From the NCBI GenBank assembly GCA_048938025.1, contig JBHLMP010000010.1, positions 22,728 to 86,727 on the forward strand: a stretch of DNA of 64,000 bases. Direction: 5' to 3'. This DNA is from Promethearchaeota archaeon (GTDB lineage: Archaea; Asgardarchaeota; Lokiarchaeia; Sigyniarchaeales; SOKP01). The position numbers and the translations under genes are program-made. Positions 9,906-19,369 of this stretch are shown in pieces (position 1 is the first letter of the stretch; each line of letters starts with the position of its first letter). Under the pieces are notes generated by a model, which had not been told where the DNA came from, did not search any database, and saw only the letters and a program-made list of their open reading frames with translations.

Positions 9906-11006
9906 TTAAGTCATAGGATATGATCCTAAAATTTTATGCCATATCACATTCATACTCATTTTTTCTAAAACCTTCTTTATCTTAGGATTATCCTTATCCC
10001 CCTCAAAATCCATAATAAAAATATATTCCCAACGCCCTCTTCTACGAGGACGGGACTCAATTTTAAGTAAATTAATTTCAGCATCAGCAAACAGTTTTAA
10101 TACTCTGTATAAAGCTCCCGGAATATGTCTGGTAACAAATAATATTGAAGTCTTAATTTTACCTTCTTTTTCAATATTCTCTTTCTTCGAAATTATGAGG
10201 AATCTGGTGGAATTTAATAGATTATTATCGATTTTTGAGTGTAAGATTTTCAAACCATATACCTCACTTGCAAATTTAGTACCAATCGCAGCATAAGACT
10301 CACTATTTAATTCTTTAACTCTACGAACAGCCTCTGCTGTAGAGTTAACATCTATTAAATCTGCTGTCGGCATATTAGCTTTAATCCAATTTTTTGTTTG
10401 AGCAAAAGCTTGAGGATGAGATAAAATAGTTCTTATCCTTGATAAATTAGATATATCTAATGAAATTAAATTTTGAGTAATCTGAAGCTCAATTTCTCCA
10501 TATATAACAAGATCTTTTTCGATTAATAAATCAAGCGTTTCTCTAACTGTACCTTGAAGGCTATTTTCAATAGGAATAACCCCAAATTCTATATTTTCTT
10601 TTTCAATATTTACAAAAATCTCTAAAATAGTATTATAGGGAAGAAATTCGGTACCTGCTTTGGGAAAAAATTCAAGAGCTGCTTGGTGTGTAAAGGTTCC
10701 GTTAGGGCCTAGATATCCAACTTTTGGAATAATGCCTTGAATTGATTTACTAGCACTAAAAATTTCCTTCCATATTGCCTCAATACTTTCTGGTTTTAAT
10801 AGTTTTGATTGAGATTTTATCCTTTCAATTATCTCTCTTTCTCTTTGGGGTTGATAAACATCAAGATTTAATAATTTCTTGATCTTCCCTATCTTTGAAA
10901 CAGTAATACCTCTTTTATTTAACAGTTCAATTATTTCGTTATCAATCTCATCAATTATTTTCCTATATTCCCCTAATTTTTGGGTATTTTTTACATTAGG
11001 TTCCAT
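9906..11006 (-). CDS. pheA: Chorismate mutase / prephenate dehydratase
   Basis: N-terminal CM domain 'RKIIDEIDNEIIELLNKR', 'YLGPNGTFTHQAA', 'PIENSLQG', 'SHPQAFAQ', 'TRF', ACT domain 'KIESRP'. Confidence 0.93.
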   Translation of the reverse strand: MEPNVKNTQKLGEYRKIIDEIDNEIIELLNKRGITVSKIGKIKKLLNLDVYQPQREREIIERIKSQSKLLKPESIEAIWKEIFSASKSIQGIIPKVGYLGPNGTFTHQAALEFFPKAGTEFLPYNTILEIFVNIEKENIEFGVIPIENSLQGTVRETLDLLIEKDLVIYGEIELQITQNLISLDISNLSRIRTILSHPQAFAQTKNWIKANMPTADLIDVNSTAEAVRRVKELNSESYAAIGTKFASEVYGLKILHSKIDNNLLNSTRFLIISKKENIEKEGKIKTSILFVTRHIPGALYRVLKLFADAEINLLKIESRPRRRGRWEYIFIMDFEGDKDNPKIKKVLEKMSMNVIWHKILGSYPMT

Positions 11007-11032
11007 AATAATTAATATAATTATTTAAGAAT

Positions 11033-12709
11033 TTATAAAAAATTCTGTAGATTTAATTCGAAAGCAGCAACAGGAAACTCCAATTTAAAGTTGAGTAAAA
11101 CTTCAGGATGAATTTCGCCTATCTCACCTACTTTACTACCTTTTAAATAAATCTCTCCATAACGTCCGTCTATATAGCTAAGATTCTTACTCGGTTTTAT
11201 TTCAAAATCGTCTTCATATCCAAGTGAGATCATTATAAAGTCTAAAGTAGATCTAATCTCTGTGAAATCAGCATCTTCATGATAGGAAGCAGCAGAAAGA
11301 TGAACCTCCCTTATAGCACCCGTTTCCTCATCCAAGGCTAATAATATTACATCACCTACTTCAAAAATCCTTATTGGTTTTTCTTCAGATCTGTTTAAAA
11401 GTAATGTATCCAATAGTTGAGGTAATAATTTTGTCCTAGTGGTATTGTATTCTTTTGAAACCGGGTTAGCAATTTCAACTATCTTAGTTTTATCATAATT
11501 TTGTTTCATAAGATCAAATTGTTTTTCAGAACTTGTAAGGATAAAATTAAGTATTTCTAAATATCCTGCGCCTATCATAATTCTTCTTATTTTACTTGAA
11601 AAGTCTTGGATTGGATGATATGCTCCAACACCACCTTCCCTAATAGTAAGTGGTAAATTATAATATCCATAACCGATTGCGCATTCTTCAGTAAAATCTA
11701 TTGGATGCATAATATCACCTCGGTATGCAGGAACCCAGATATCCAAGTAGCCATTCTTTTTAGATTTCTTAGCATCCATTCTAATCTTTTGAAAGCATTT
11801 TATCATTTCTGTCAATGATAATTTTAAGCCAATAACATCATTTAGGTAAACGGCTTTTACTTCCCATTTTTTAGGGTTTAGATTAGGAGTAATAATTTCT
11901 TTTCCTCCTTGATAATTTACCGTTACGCTTTCTATTTTTGCTCCCATATCTGATAATGTTGTTGATAAAATATTCAATGCTAAATTCACTGCTTTAAAGT
12001 CAGTACCAGTTAAATCCAAAAACAAATTTTGTGTATCATCTGTAACAGTTGTAAGTACACCATTTATAATAGGGGGAAATGAAAGCACTTCATCGTTACT
12101 ATCAAAAATTATGGGATAAACGTCTTTCCCCTCTAAAATATGGGCATATTCAATACCTTTATCATGCAGTAGTAAAATCTCTTCCAAATTCATGGGATAT
12201 CCATCTCCATGTAAAGGTATAAAACTAACTGAATCAGGTTTTACTGCGGTATACCTATAAGGAGGCACTATTTTATCTAAATCATGAACTCCAATAGCAA
12301 CCTTTCTTCTATCTCTTCCTACAGCCCAATGTAAATGCTCTTGAATATTCATTAAAGTAGCAACCTCATCCTCATCTAAATCTATATCTCGAATAACTCC
12401 ACAGACTATATATGGTCTAACTTCTTTTACACTAGGATCTACATGGAGTGTAATTTCTCCTGGCACAACTTCATATGAAGGAATTCCTAATTCAAGTTCA
12501 TAATATCCTTTAAGTGCTCTGGCAATTCCCTCCGGACTTGAAAAATCAGGTCTATTTGGATTGTATTCTACCTTAACTTTTTGTTCTTCTACATTAGTAT
12601 CTTCTAAATCTAATCCTATCCATTGTAAATCGTATTCTAATTCTTTTAAGTCTAATTTCTTTCCAACTAACCTTTCTAATCTTTCAATTTTTAATTCAAT
12701 TGTAGGCAT
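11033..12709 (-). CDS. pheT: Phenylalanine--tRNA ligase beta subunit (archaeal type)
   Basis: 'MPTIE', 'NPNRPD', 'RDRRKVAIGVHDLD', 'VLSFPPIING', 'GEIHPEVL'. GAGGTG SD upstream. Confidence 0.95.
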   Translation of the reverse strand: MPTIELKIERLERLVGKKLDLKELEYDLQWIGLDLEDTNVEEQKVKVEYNPNRPDFSSPEGIARALKGYYELELGIPSYEVVPGEITLHVDPSVKEVRPYIVCGVIRDIDLDEDEVATLMNIQEHLHWAVGRDRRKVAIGVHDLDKIVPPYRYTAVKPDSVSFIPLHGDGYPMNLEEILLLHDKGIEYAHILEGKDVYPIIFDSNDEVLSFPPIINGVLTTVTDDTQNLFLDLTGTDFKAVNLALNILSTTLSDMGAKIESVTVNYQGGKEIITPNLNPKKWEVKAVYLNDVIGLKLSLTEMIKCFQKIRMDAKKSKKNGYLDIWVPAYRGDIMHPIDFTEECAIGYGYYNLPLTIREGGVGAYHPIQDFSSKIRRIMIGAGYLEILNFILTSSEKQFDLMKQNYDKTKIVEIANPVSKEYNTTRTKLLPQLLDTLLLNRSEEKPIRIFEVGDVILLALDEETGAIREVHLSAASYHEDADFTEIRSTLDFIMISLGYEDDFEIKPSKNLSYIDGRYGEIYLKGSKVGEIGEIHPEVLLNFKLEFPVAAFELNLQNFL

Positions 12710-12718
12710 TTTATCACC

Positions 12719-14260
12719 TCATTTAAGATATGATTGCTCTCTCAACCATTTAATTGGATTAATATAAAAATCTCTAATATCTGTTCGGTCATAATATAGC
12801 ATTGCAATTCTTTCAAGACCTTGACCCCAGGCTAATACACGTGTAGGTTCTTTAATCCCCCATGGATAGGTAACTTCTGGTCGAAAAATTCCTGACCCTC
12901 CCATTTCTAACCATTCATCTAATTTATCATAATACACTGAAACTTCCATACTAGGTTCCGTATAAGGAAAGAATCCCGGTCTAGTAACTATCTTCTTAAA
13001 ACCCATTTTTCTATAGAATTCTGATAATAATCCAATTAAATCACATAGAGTAACATTATCATCAATTACAATTCCTTCTACTTGAGTAAATTCTGCTAAA
13101 TGAGATTTATCAAGTTTTTCATTTCGAAATACTCTATCCACACAGAATACTTTTACTGGAACCTTTTCGTTGTTTCTATAAAATTGGGCTAATCTTCTCA
13201 TAGTTGTGGCAGTAGTATGGGGCCTTAATACCGTTTTCTTTGCGATATTTTCATCCCATTTGTACCCCCATCCAATAGATCCACTATCACCACCATTTTC
13301 ATGAGTTTTTTTCACAGCTATAACTCTATCCTTTTCTGGCAACTTAGCTACTTTTGGATTATTTAAATAAAATGTATCTTGTAATTCTCTCGCAGGGTGA
13401 TCTTGTGGTTGAAATAAAGCATCGAAATTGTAAAAAGCACTTTCTATAATTGGACCTCTTATCTCTATAAAACCCATTGATAAGAATATTTCTCGTATTT
13501 CATTAATTAAATTTACTAATGGATGTATTTTTCCTGCTTTTAATAATGGACCTGATTTAGTAACATCAAAAGGTTTCAAATTATATTTTTTCCAAGTTCC
13601 AGAACTTAGCATCTCTGAAGTGATTTTGCTAATTTGTTTTAATTCTTTTATTTTAGATATTGCTACATCTTTACCTTTTTTAGTTAAATAAATAATTCTT
13701 TGAGTTTTACGGGTCTTATTCATCAATTTCCTTTTGTTTAAAATATTAGATTGTGTTAATTCCTCTTTCGATAAGGTGGAATAATCGATTATCTCATTAC
13801 TCTTGAATTTCTTTAAAAATTTTTCTAAGTCTGTTTCAGGAAATTCTTCAGCTATAAGAAAAATTTTATTTTCCCCAGTAGCTTTACTTTGAACGACCCA
13901 TTTATTTTTTTTTAAGTTTGAGATGCCAACATAAAAAAGATTTTCATCTAATTTGGCTTGTCCTCTCAAATCATCTAAGTTAATTTCTTTAATCTTATTT
14001 TTTAATAATATTTGAAGTAATTGACGTTCTGGTAATCCTTTTTCTAAATAAGTTAAACCTTCTTGACTTAAAGAAACTTGATATATTTCTTCTTCTCTAA
14101 ATCCTCCCAAGTTATTATCAATTAAATCATTTACAGCAGACATGAGTACAATATAATCAACATTAAGTTCATCTGCTAATCTTGATGCCTCTATTTCAAT
14201 CTCTTTTTCTTGAAGAATTTTCAAAATATCAATAACTTGTTTTTTCAACTCAATAGTCAT
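12719..14260 (-). CDS. pheS: Phenylalanine--tRNA ligase alpha subunit (archaeal/eukaryotic type)
   Basis: 'NFDALFQPQDHPARELQDTFYL', 'LRPHTTA', 'VFRNE', 'FPYTEPS', 'GSGIFRPEV', 'GLERIAM'. Confidence 0.95.
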   Translation of the reverse strand: MTIELKKQVIDILKILQEKEIEIEASRLADELNVDYIVLMSAVNDLIDNNLGGFREEEIYQVSLSQEGLTYLEKGLPERQLLQILLKNKIKEINLDDLRGQAKLDENLFYVGISNLKKNKWVVQSKATGENKIFLIAEEFPETDLEKFLKKFKSNEIIDYSTLSKEELTQSNILNKRKLMNKTRKTQRIIYLTKKGKDVAISKIKELKQISKITSEMLSSGTWKKYNLKPFDVTKSGPLLKAGKIHPLVNLINEIREIFLSMGFIEIRGPIIESAFYNFDALFQPQDHPARELQDTFYLNNPKVAKLPEKDRVIAVKKTHENGGDSGSIGWGYKWDENIAKKTVLRPHTTATTMRRLAQFYRNNEKVPVKVFCVDRVFRNEKLDKSHLAEFTQVEGIVIDDNVTLCDLIGLLSEFYRKMGFKKIVTRPGFFPYTEPSMEVSVYYDKLDEWLEMGGSGIFRPEVTYPWGIKEPTRVLAWGQGLERIAMLYYDRTDIRDFYINPIKWLREQSYLK

Positions 14261-14437
14261 GGTTCTAAATTAAATGAATTATATTTTCCGTTATATATAT
14301 TTTAAATATTTAATTTATTTAAATCTTTCGTGGAAAAACTCGCTGTAAATCGCTCTATCATGAATTAGAGTAATAATATACAATAAAAAGAAGTACATAA
14401 CACTATTTTTTAATAAGAATCTAAAATTAATTCCGCA

Positions 14438-14479
14438 GCCAAGGAAATAACATCAAATCTATTTAATTATTACCTTGGC
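14438..14479. other. Inverted repeat / stem-loop upstream of pheS
   Basis: GCCAAGGAAATAA (14438-14450) against TTATTACCTTGGC (14467-14479): 12 of 13 complementary, 16-nt loop. Confidence 0.5.
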
Positions 14480-14744
14480 AGAATAAAAAGGTCAAAGGAA
14501 AATGAATCTTGATTGAGTTTTTGCTTTATACTAATATTGAGAATATAAGAACTCATATTTTACTCTACTCAAATATTCATTTATTTGTAGTTGAACATAT
14601 TAATTCTAACTAAAAAATTTTTTTACTCTTTATATTTATGAATTTTCTTTACTTGAATTTGAAAATTATATCTAAATATACAAATACTAAGAATACACTG
14701 AAATAAAACCTACTATGAAATATATTTAAATATTTAACTAGTAT

Positions 14745-15044
14745 TTGAGTTTTGATAAGAATTTTGGTCCTGATTGGACAGGGTTTTCATTAGATGGACA
14801 GACTAATAAGACAATATATGGAAATACGACTATTCCACTTCCAGATGATGGATTACATACCATTCAACTGTTTGCTAATAATTCAAAGGGATTAATATAT
14901 CAATCTGATGTAAGATATTTTATAGTAGATATAAAGCCCTCTGAACCTTCTGAACCAATAATTCATAGCTATAATTTATGGATTCTAGTTGGAATCATAA
15001 GTATCACTTCAATAATAATAATTTCTAACAGAACTAAGAAATAA
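14745..15044 (+). pseudogene. C-terminal remnant of a surface protein (Ig-like module plus Loki-CTERM-like anchor)
   Basis: 'WTGFSLDGQTNKTI.GNTTIPLPDDGLHTIQLFAN' beta module, then 'PIIHSYNLWILVGIISITSIIII..RTKK'. No signal peptide, weak TTG start. Confidence 0.55.
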
Positions 15045-15059
15045 AATTTGCTTTTTTTT

Positions 15060-15506
15060 TTATCTTTTAAGAATTTTTTCGCGAATTGATGTAGAACTAA
15101 TTTTTTTGTTGTTTTTATCCTTTATAATAGGAATAACAATGATAATTAATGGTTTAAATCCCTTATTCTCTCTAATTTCATTGATTTTTACTCCTACATT
15201 ATAGGTTTCTTGGCTGACTATTAGTCCATCGTATTCAGGCTCATTAATAGGGGGGCCATATATATCATTTAATTCGATAATTTGAACTCTATTAATATCT
15301 GCTATTGTTCTAATGAATTCTTTCAAATTGTTTTTTCTTGTTTCATAAGTTTCAAGTGCAGAAACAGCCCTTTTATTTTTTAGTAATTTTTCAGTAGTCA
15401 ACCCGATCACTATATTATCTGCAATTGATAAAGCTGTTTTTATTAAAGATTTATGTCCCTCATGAAGATGATCAAAGGTTCCTCCCATACCGACTTTATT
15501 TAAAAT
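15060..15506 (-). CDS. coaD: Phosphopantetheine adenylyltransferase, archaeal type (probable ATT start at 15506; first ATG at 15488)
   Basis: 'GGTFDHLHEGHK', 'LNDIYGP', 'LIVSQET', 'INEIRENKG', 'KISSTSIR'. Confidence 0.85.
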   Translation of the reverse strand: MLNKVGMGGTFDHLHEGHKSLIKTALSIADNIVIGLTTEKLLKNKRAVSALETYETRKNNLKEFIRTIADINRVQIIELNDIYGPPINEPEYDGLIVSQETYNVGVKINEIRENKGFKPLIIIVIPIIKDKNNKKISSTSIREKILKR

Positions 15507-15534
15507 CTGAAAAACACCTTACTAAATTTTAAGG

Positions 15535-15948
15535 TTATTTTTTAATAGTTGCTTCTTTACTCGGTTCAGTAGGCTTTTTTAATCTTACGGAATAAATTTG
15601 CTTTATTTCCATTAAATTATCGCATTTATCGCATTTATCTTTCTTTTTAAATACAAAATCTCCTTTAACATAATTTCTAACTTTAGTAAGTCCACATAAG
15701 TTACAAATTAAAATAGTTAATGTTTGTCTTAATGGTTCTGCGGGGCCTTTCTGCATTTGTATTAATGTAGATCCTAAACATATTAACATAAAACCAATTG
15801 ACCATCTTGAAAATTGATCCAACCCAAAGTCAAGATAGATAAATAATGCACCTGCTACAATTAATAAAACTAATAGAATATTTTTAAGAACGCTTTTAAG
15901 GGTAACTCCTTTTTTTAATATTTCCTCATCGTCTTCTTCTTCAATCAT
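15535..15948 (-). CDS. Hypothetical 2-TM protein with C-terminal Zn ribbon
   Basis: Two hydrophobic helices; 'CNLC...R....GDFVFK...CDKC' motif; divergent from DUF1512. Confidence 0.75.
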   Translation of the reverse strand: MIEEEDDEEILKKGVTLKSVLKNILLVLLIVAGALFIYLDFGLDQFSRWSIGFMLICLGSTLIQMQKGPAEPLRQTLTILICNLCGLTKVRNYVKGDFVFKKKDKCDKCDNLMEIKQIYSVRLKKPTEPSKEATIKK

Positions 15949-16067
15949 AGAAAAAAAGTAACATCTAATTTTCTATTGTTTATAATAGAAAAGAATAAAT
16001 AAATTTTATTATTATAAAAACATAATAGATTAAAGAATTCTATATTAAATTAAAATTTAGGGAAATA

Positions 16068-17213
16068 ATGTTCATGATATATCAATGGGGTACCAGTCAA
16101 GGCGCAGATCCTATTTCTATTATCATAAATTTGCTATTCTTTTTATTGATATTTGTCAGTATTTTCTATGGACAAAAGATACAAAGTTGGAAGGCATCGA
16201 AAGAAATTCAAGTAGGTCTAGATAAACTTAAGAAATGGAACGATGAGTGTAAAGAAATTTTGCTTACTAATTTTAAGGAATTTGCTGATAAAAAACAAAC
16301 ACAAAAAGATCTCATGTTTAAACTTGAAGATTTCATTACATTTGTTACAATACCACCAGTATCTCTTGATCCTTATGGGATTATACCAAAATTTGATCAT
16401 GTTGTTGATGTAAGAGATAATCGATTTAAAGAAGAAGTAGAGATATTAGCTCCTAATGCTGATACTGTTCAGAGAGCAAATCTGGAAAACTTGTTAGAGG
16501 CTGTAATGGCGGTAGATTTTATTTATCGCTTAGTACGACATTACCTTATTTTAGGAAAAAAATCAAAATCAATGATTTTATTAATGCAAATTTCAATGCA
16601 AATGGGTATAATTTTAGCATTAGCAAAATCATACTATTCAGCTGCTAAAGCATTTTCAGAGGGGAGCCCTATAGGAGATGGTCTTGGTCCTCTTGTTGTG
16701 GCTAGTTTTTTAAGAGAAGTTTCCCAAGAAGATATAGCTGTTCAGGAGACTTTTAAAGATACTATTGTTCAGGAGATAAATTTTGAAGATAGAATAGTTT
16801 ATGTTGTTCGAGCAAAAGGACCAGGAGGTACAGTTGGAAAACCAGGAAAAGCAATTAGACAATTAGTTGAAGAATACGGAGATTCTATATCTAGAATAAT
16901 TATGATTGATGCAGGATTAAAGCTCACGGGAGATAAAACAGGATCTTTAGCAGTTGGAGTAGGAGCTGCTATTGGTGGTATTGGAATCGAAAAACATTAT
17001 ATTGAAGAATCTACTACGGGAAAAGATATTCCAATAGATGCTCTGATTTGTAAACAGTCATTAGAAGACGCTATTACTACGATGAAACGCCCGATTACTC
17101 AATCAGTACCAAAAATCGTAGAAAAAATAAAAATGGCTATACGTAAAAGAACTGAAAAAGGTACCAAAGTTATAGTTGCTGGGATTGGAAATACTATAGG
17201 AATTGGAATTTAA
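16068..17213 (+). CDS. DUF1512 family protein
   Basis: 'PVSLDPYGII', 'PIGDGLGPLV', 'KGPGGTVGKPG', 'IDAGLKL', C-terminal 'GIGNTIGIG'. Confidence 0.85.
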   Translation: MFMIYQWGTSQGADPISIIINLLFFLLIFVSIFYGQKIQSWKASKEIQVGLDKLKKWNDECKEILLTNFKEFADKKQTQKDLMFKLEDFITFVTIPPVSLDPYGIIPKFDHVVDVRDNRFKEEVEILAPNADTVQRANLENLLEAVMAVDFIYRLVRHYLILGKKSKSMILLMQISMQMGIILALAKSYYSAAKAFSEGSPIGDGLGPLVVASFLREVSQEDIAVQETFKDTIVQEINFEDRIVYVVRAKGPGGTVGKPGKAIRQLVEEYGDSISRIIMIDAGLKLTGDKTGSLAVGVGAAIGGIGIEKHYIEESTTGKDIPIDALICKQSLEDAITTMKRPITQSVPKIVEKIKMAIRKRTEKGTKVIVAGIGNTIGIGI

Positions 17214-17476
17214 TTTAACTTCTACTCTTTTACAAAATAATTCTCTTTTTTTCCAAAATCTTTTTTACATTTCTCTGTAAGGGAAACAAATTCTTTCGAA
17301 TTTGAAATTTTAAACGGGTTCATATTTCGATTAAAAACCTGCAAATTATTTGTTCTAATAAAGAAGAAACTTATTTTGAAAAAAAGAAATAGTTTTATAA
17401 TTAAAGGAATAAAATTAATTAATTACTTTAAATCATAAAATAAAAATTAAAAAAATTTACTTGAGGTGTAAATATC

Positions 17477-19345
17477 ATTTACGGTTATATGGGTAAAATT
17501 TTAAGAGTCGATTTAACGAATGGAAAAATAAGCGAAGAGTTTCCTGACGAAGAAACACTAAAATTATATCTAGGAGGGGCAGGATTAGCTACGAAATATC
17601 TAATAGAAGAAGTATCAAAAGGCGTTGATCCATTAGGACCTGAAAATAAATTAATTTTCATGACAGGGCCATTAACAGGAACACCATCACCTAGTACGGG
17701 AAGATATGCTGTTGTTACAAAATCACCTCTCACAGGTATATGGGGGGAAGCTAATTCTGCTGGTTTTTGGGGACGTGATCTAAAAAGATCTGGCTTTGAT
17801 GGAGTTATATTCGAAGGAATCTCTCCAAAGCCGGTTTATTTAGTTATAGAAGATGGAAAAGCAGAGTTGAAAGATGCAACCCATCTTTGGGGTAAAAATA
17901 CATCTGAAACAACGAAAATCATAAAAGAAGAATTGGGAGAAAAATTTAATGTTTCTTGTATTGGTATTTCAGGAGAAAATCTCGTAAAATACGCTGCGAT
18001 AATGAATGATTGTGATAAACCTAATTGGGGACGTGCAGCAGGTAGATGTGGAGTAGGAGCAGTAATGGGATCTAAAAACGTAAAAGCTCTTGCTGCTAAA
18101 GGAAATGCTAGGATTGAGGTAGCCAATCCGGATGAATACAAAGAAGAAGCTAAACAAAGATATGATTGGGTAAATCAAAGTCTATTGAAGATGACACTTG
18201 AAGTATTTGGAACCGCTACTATGGTAGATTTAGTTGGAGTTAAAGGTGGTTTACCGACAAAAAATTGGCAGACCGGAGTTTTTCCTAATATGGAAAAGAT
18301 AAATGGAACAGCAATTAATGAAACCATTCTTACTGGTAGGAAACCTTGCTTTGCTTGTCCAATTGCTTGTGGACGTCTTGTTGAAATTAAGGAAGGAAAG
18401 TATAAAAGCGAAGGAGAAGGACCTGAATATGAGTCAATAGGATCTTTTGGGACTATGTGTGGTGTTGATAATTTGGAGGCTATTACATTAGCTCATTTTC
18501 TATGCAATGAATTTGGACTTGATACAATCTCTGCTGGAAATACAATAGGTTTTGCTATGGAGTGTTATGAAAAAGGAATATTGACAAAAGAACAAACTGA
18601 TGGAATGGAATTAAAATTTGGTGATGCAGATATAATAATTGATCTTATACCTAAAATTAGTAGAAGGGAGGGAATTGGTGATTTAATGGCTGAAGGAACA
18701 AGAATAATGGCAGAAAAACTAGGTAAAGACTCAATTAAATTTGCAATGCAAGTCAAAGGTTTAGAACTTCCTGCATATGATAGTAGAGCCGCTAAAATCA
18801 CAGGATTAGCATATTCTACAGCAAATCGGGGTGGTGACCATATTACTGCTTGGATTGAAGGCCCAGCATTTTTATCAATGCCTTTTATGCTTGTAGATGA
18901 TGCTGATGTAGGTGATCCACTTCAGGAAATTCCAGAAAAAACTTTTATCCTAAAGGATTTGGAAGATGGTTTTAGTGTATTTGATGCAATTGGTGGTTGT
19001 AAATTTATGGGTATCGTTCTAAGTGCTGAAGATTGGGCATCCTTGATATCTAAATTATTAGGATATCCATTTACAGCATCAGATTTTCGAAAAACTGGCG
19101 AAAGACTTTTTAATCTCGCAAGAGTCTATAATGTTAGAGAAGGGATAACTCGAAAAGATGATACACTTCCAACTCGATTATTAGAAGAACCTCTTCCTGA
19201 AGGACCAGCTCAAGGACAAACAGTAAATTTAGACCCGCTTTTAGACGCTTACTATGAATTTCGCGGTTGGGATAAAAATGGTATCCCTACTAAGGAGAAA
19301 CTTAAAGAACTTCAATTAGATTGGGCTATCAATTATATTTATTAA
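17477..19345 (+). CDS. aor: Aldehyde:ferredoxin oxidoreductase, W/Mo family (probable ATT start at 17477; first ATG at 17489)
   Basis: 'GKILRVDLT', 'KSPLTG', 'AGRCGVGAVMGSKN', 'CFACPIAC', 'GPEYE', 'GLDTIS', 'YYEFRGWD'. Confidence 0.93.
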   Translation: MYGYMGKILRVDLTNGKISEEFPDEETLKLYLGGAGLATKYLIEEVSKGVDPLGPENKLIFMTGPLTGTPSPSTGRYAVVTKSPLTGIWGEANSAGFWGRDLKRSGFDGVIFEGISPKPVYLVIEDGKAELKDATHLWGKNTSETTKIIKEELGEKFNVSCIGISGENLVKYAAIMNDCDKPNWGRAAGRCGVGAVMGSKNVKALAAKGNARIEVANPDEYKEEAKQRYDWVNQSLLKMTLEVFGTATMVDLVGVKGGLPTKNWQTGVFPNMEKINGTAINETILTGRKPCFACPIACGRLVEIKEGKYKSEGEGPEYESIGSFGTMCGVDNLEAITLAHFLCNEFGLDTISAGNTIGFAMECYEKGILTKEQTDGMELKFGDADIIIDLIPKISRREGIGDLMAEGTRIMAEKLGKDSIKFAMQVKGLELPAYDSRAAKITGLAYSTANRGGDHITAWIEGPAFLSMPFMLVDDADVGDPLQEIPEKTFILKDLEDGFSVFDAIGGCKFMGIVLSAEDWASLISKLLGYPFTASDFRKTGERLFNLARVYNVREGITRKDDTLPTRLLEEPLPEGPAQGQTVNLDPLLDAYYEFRGWDKNGIPTKEKLKELQLDWAINYIY

Positions 19346-19369
19346 TCTTTTTTCTCAATTATAAAATAA

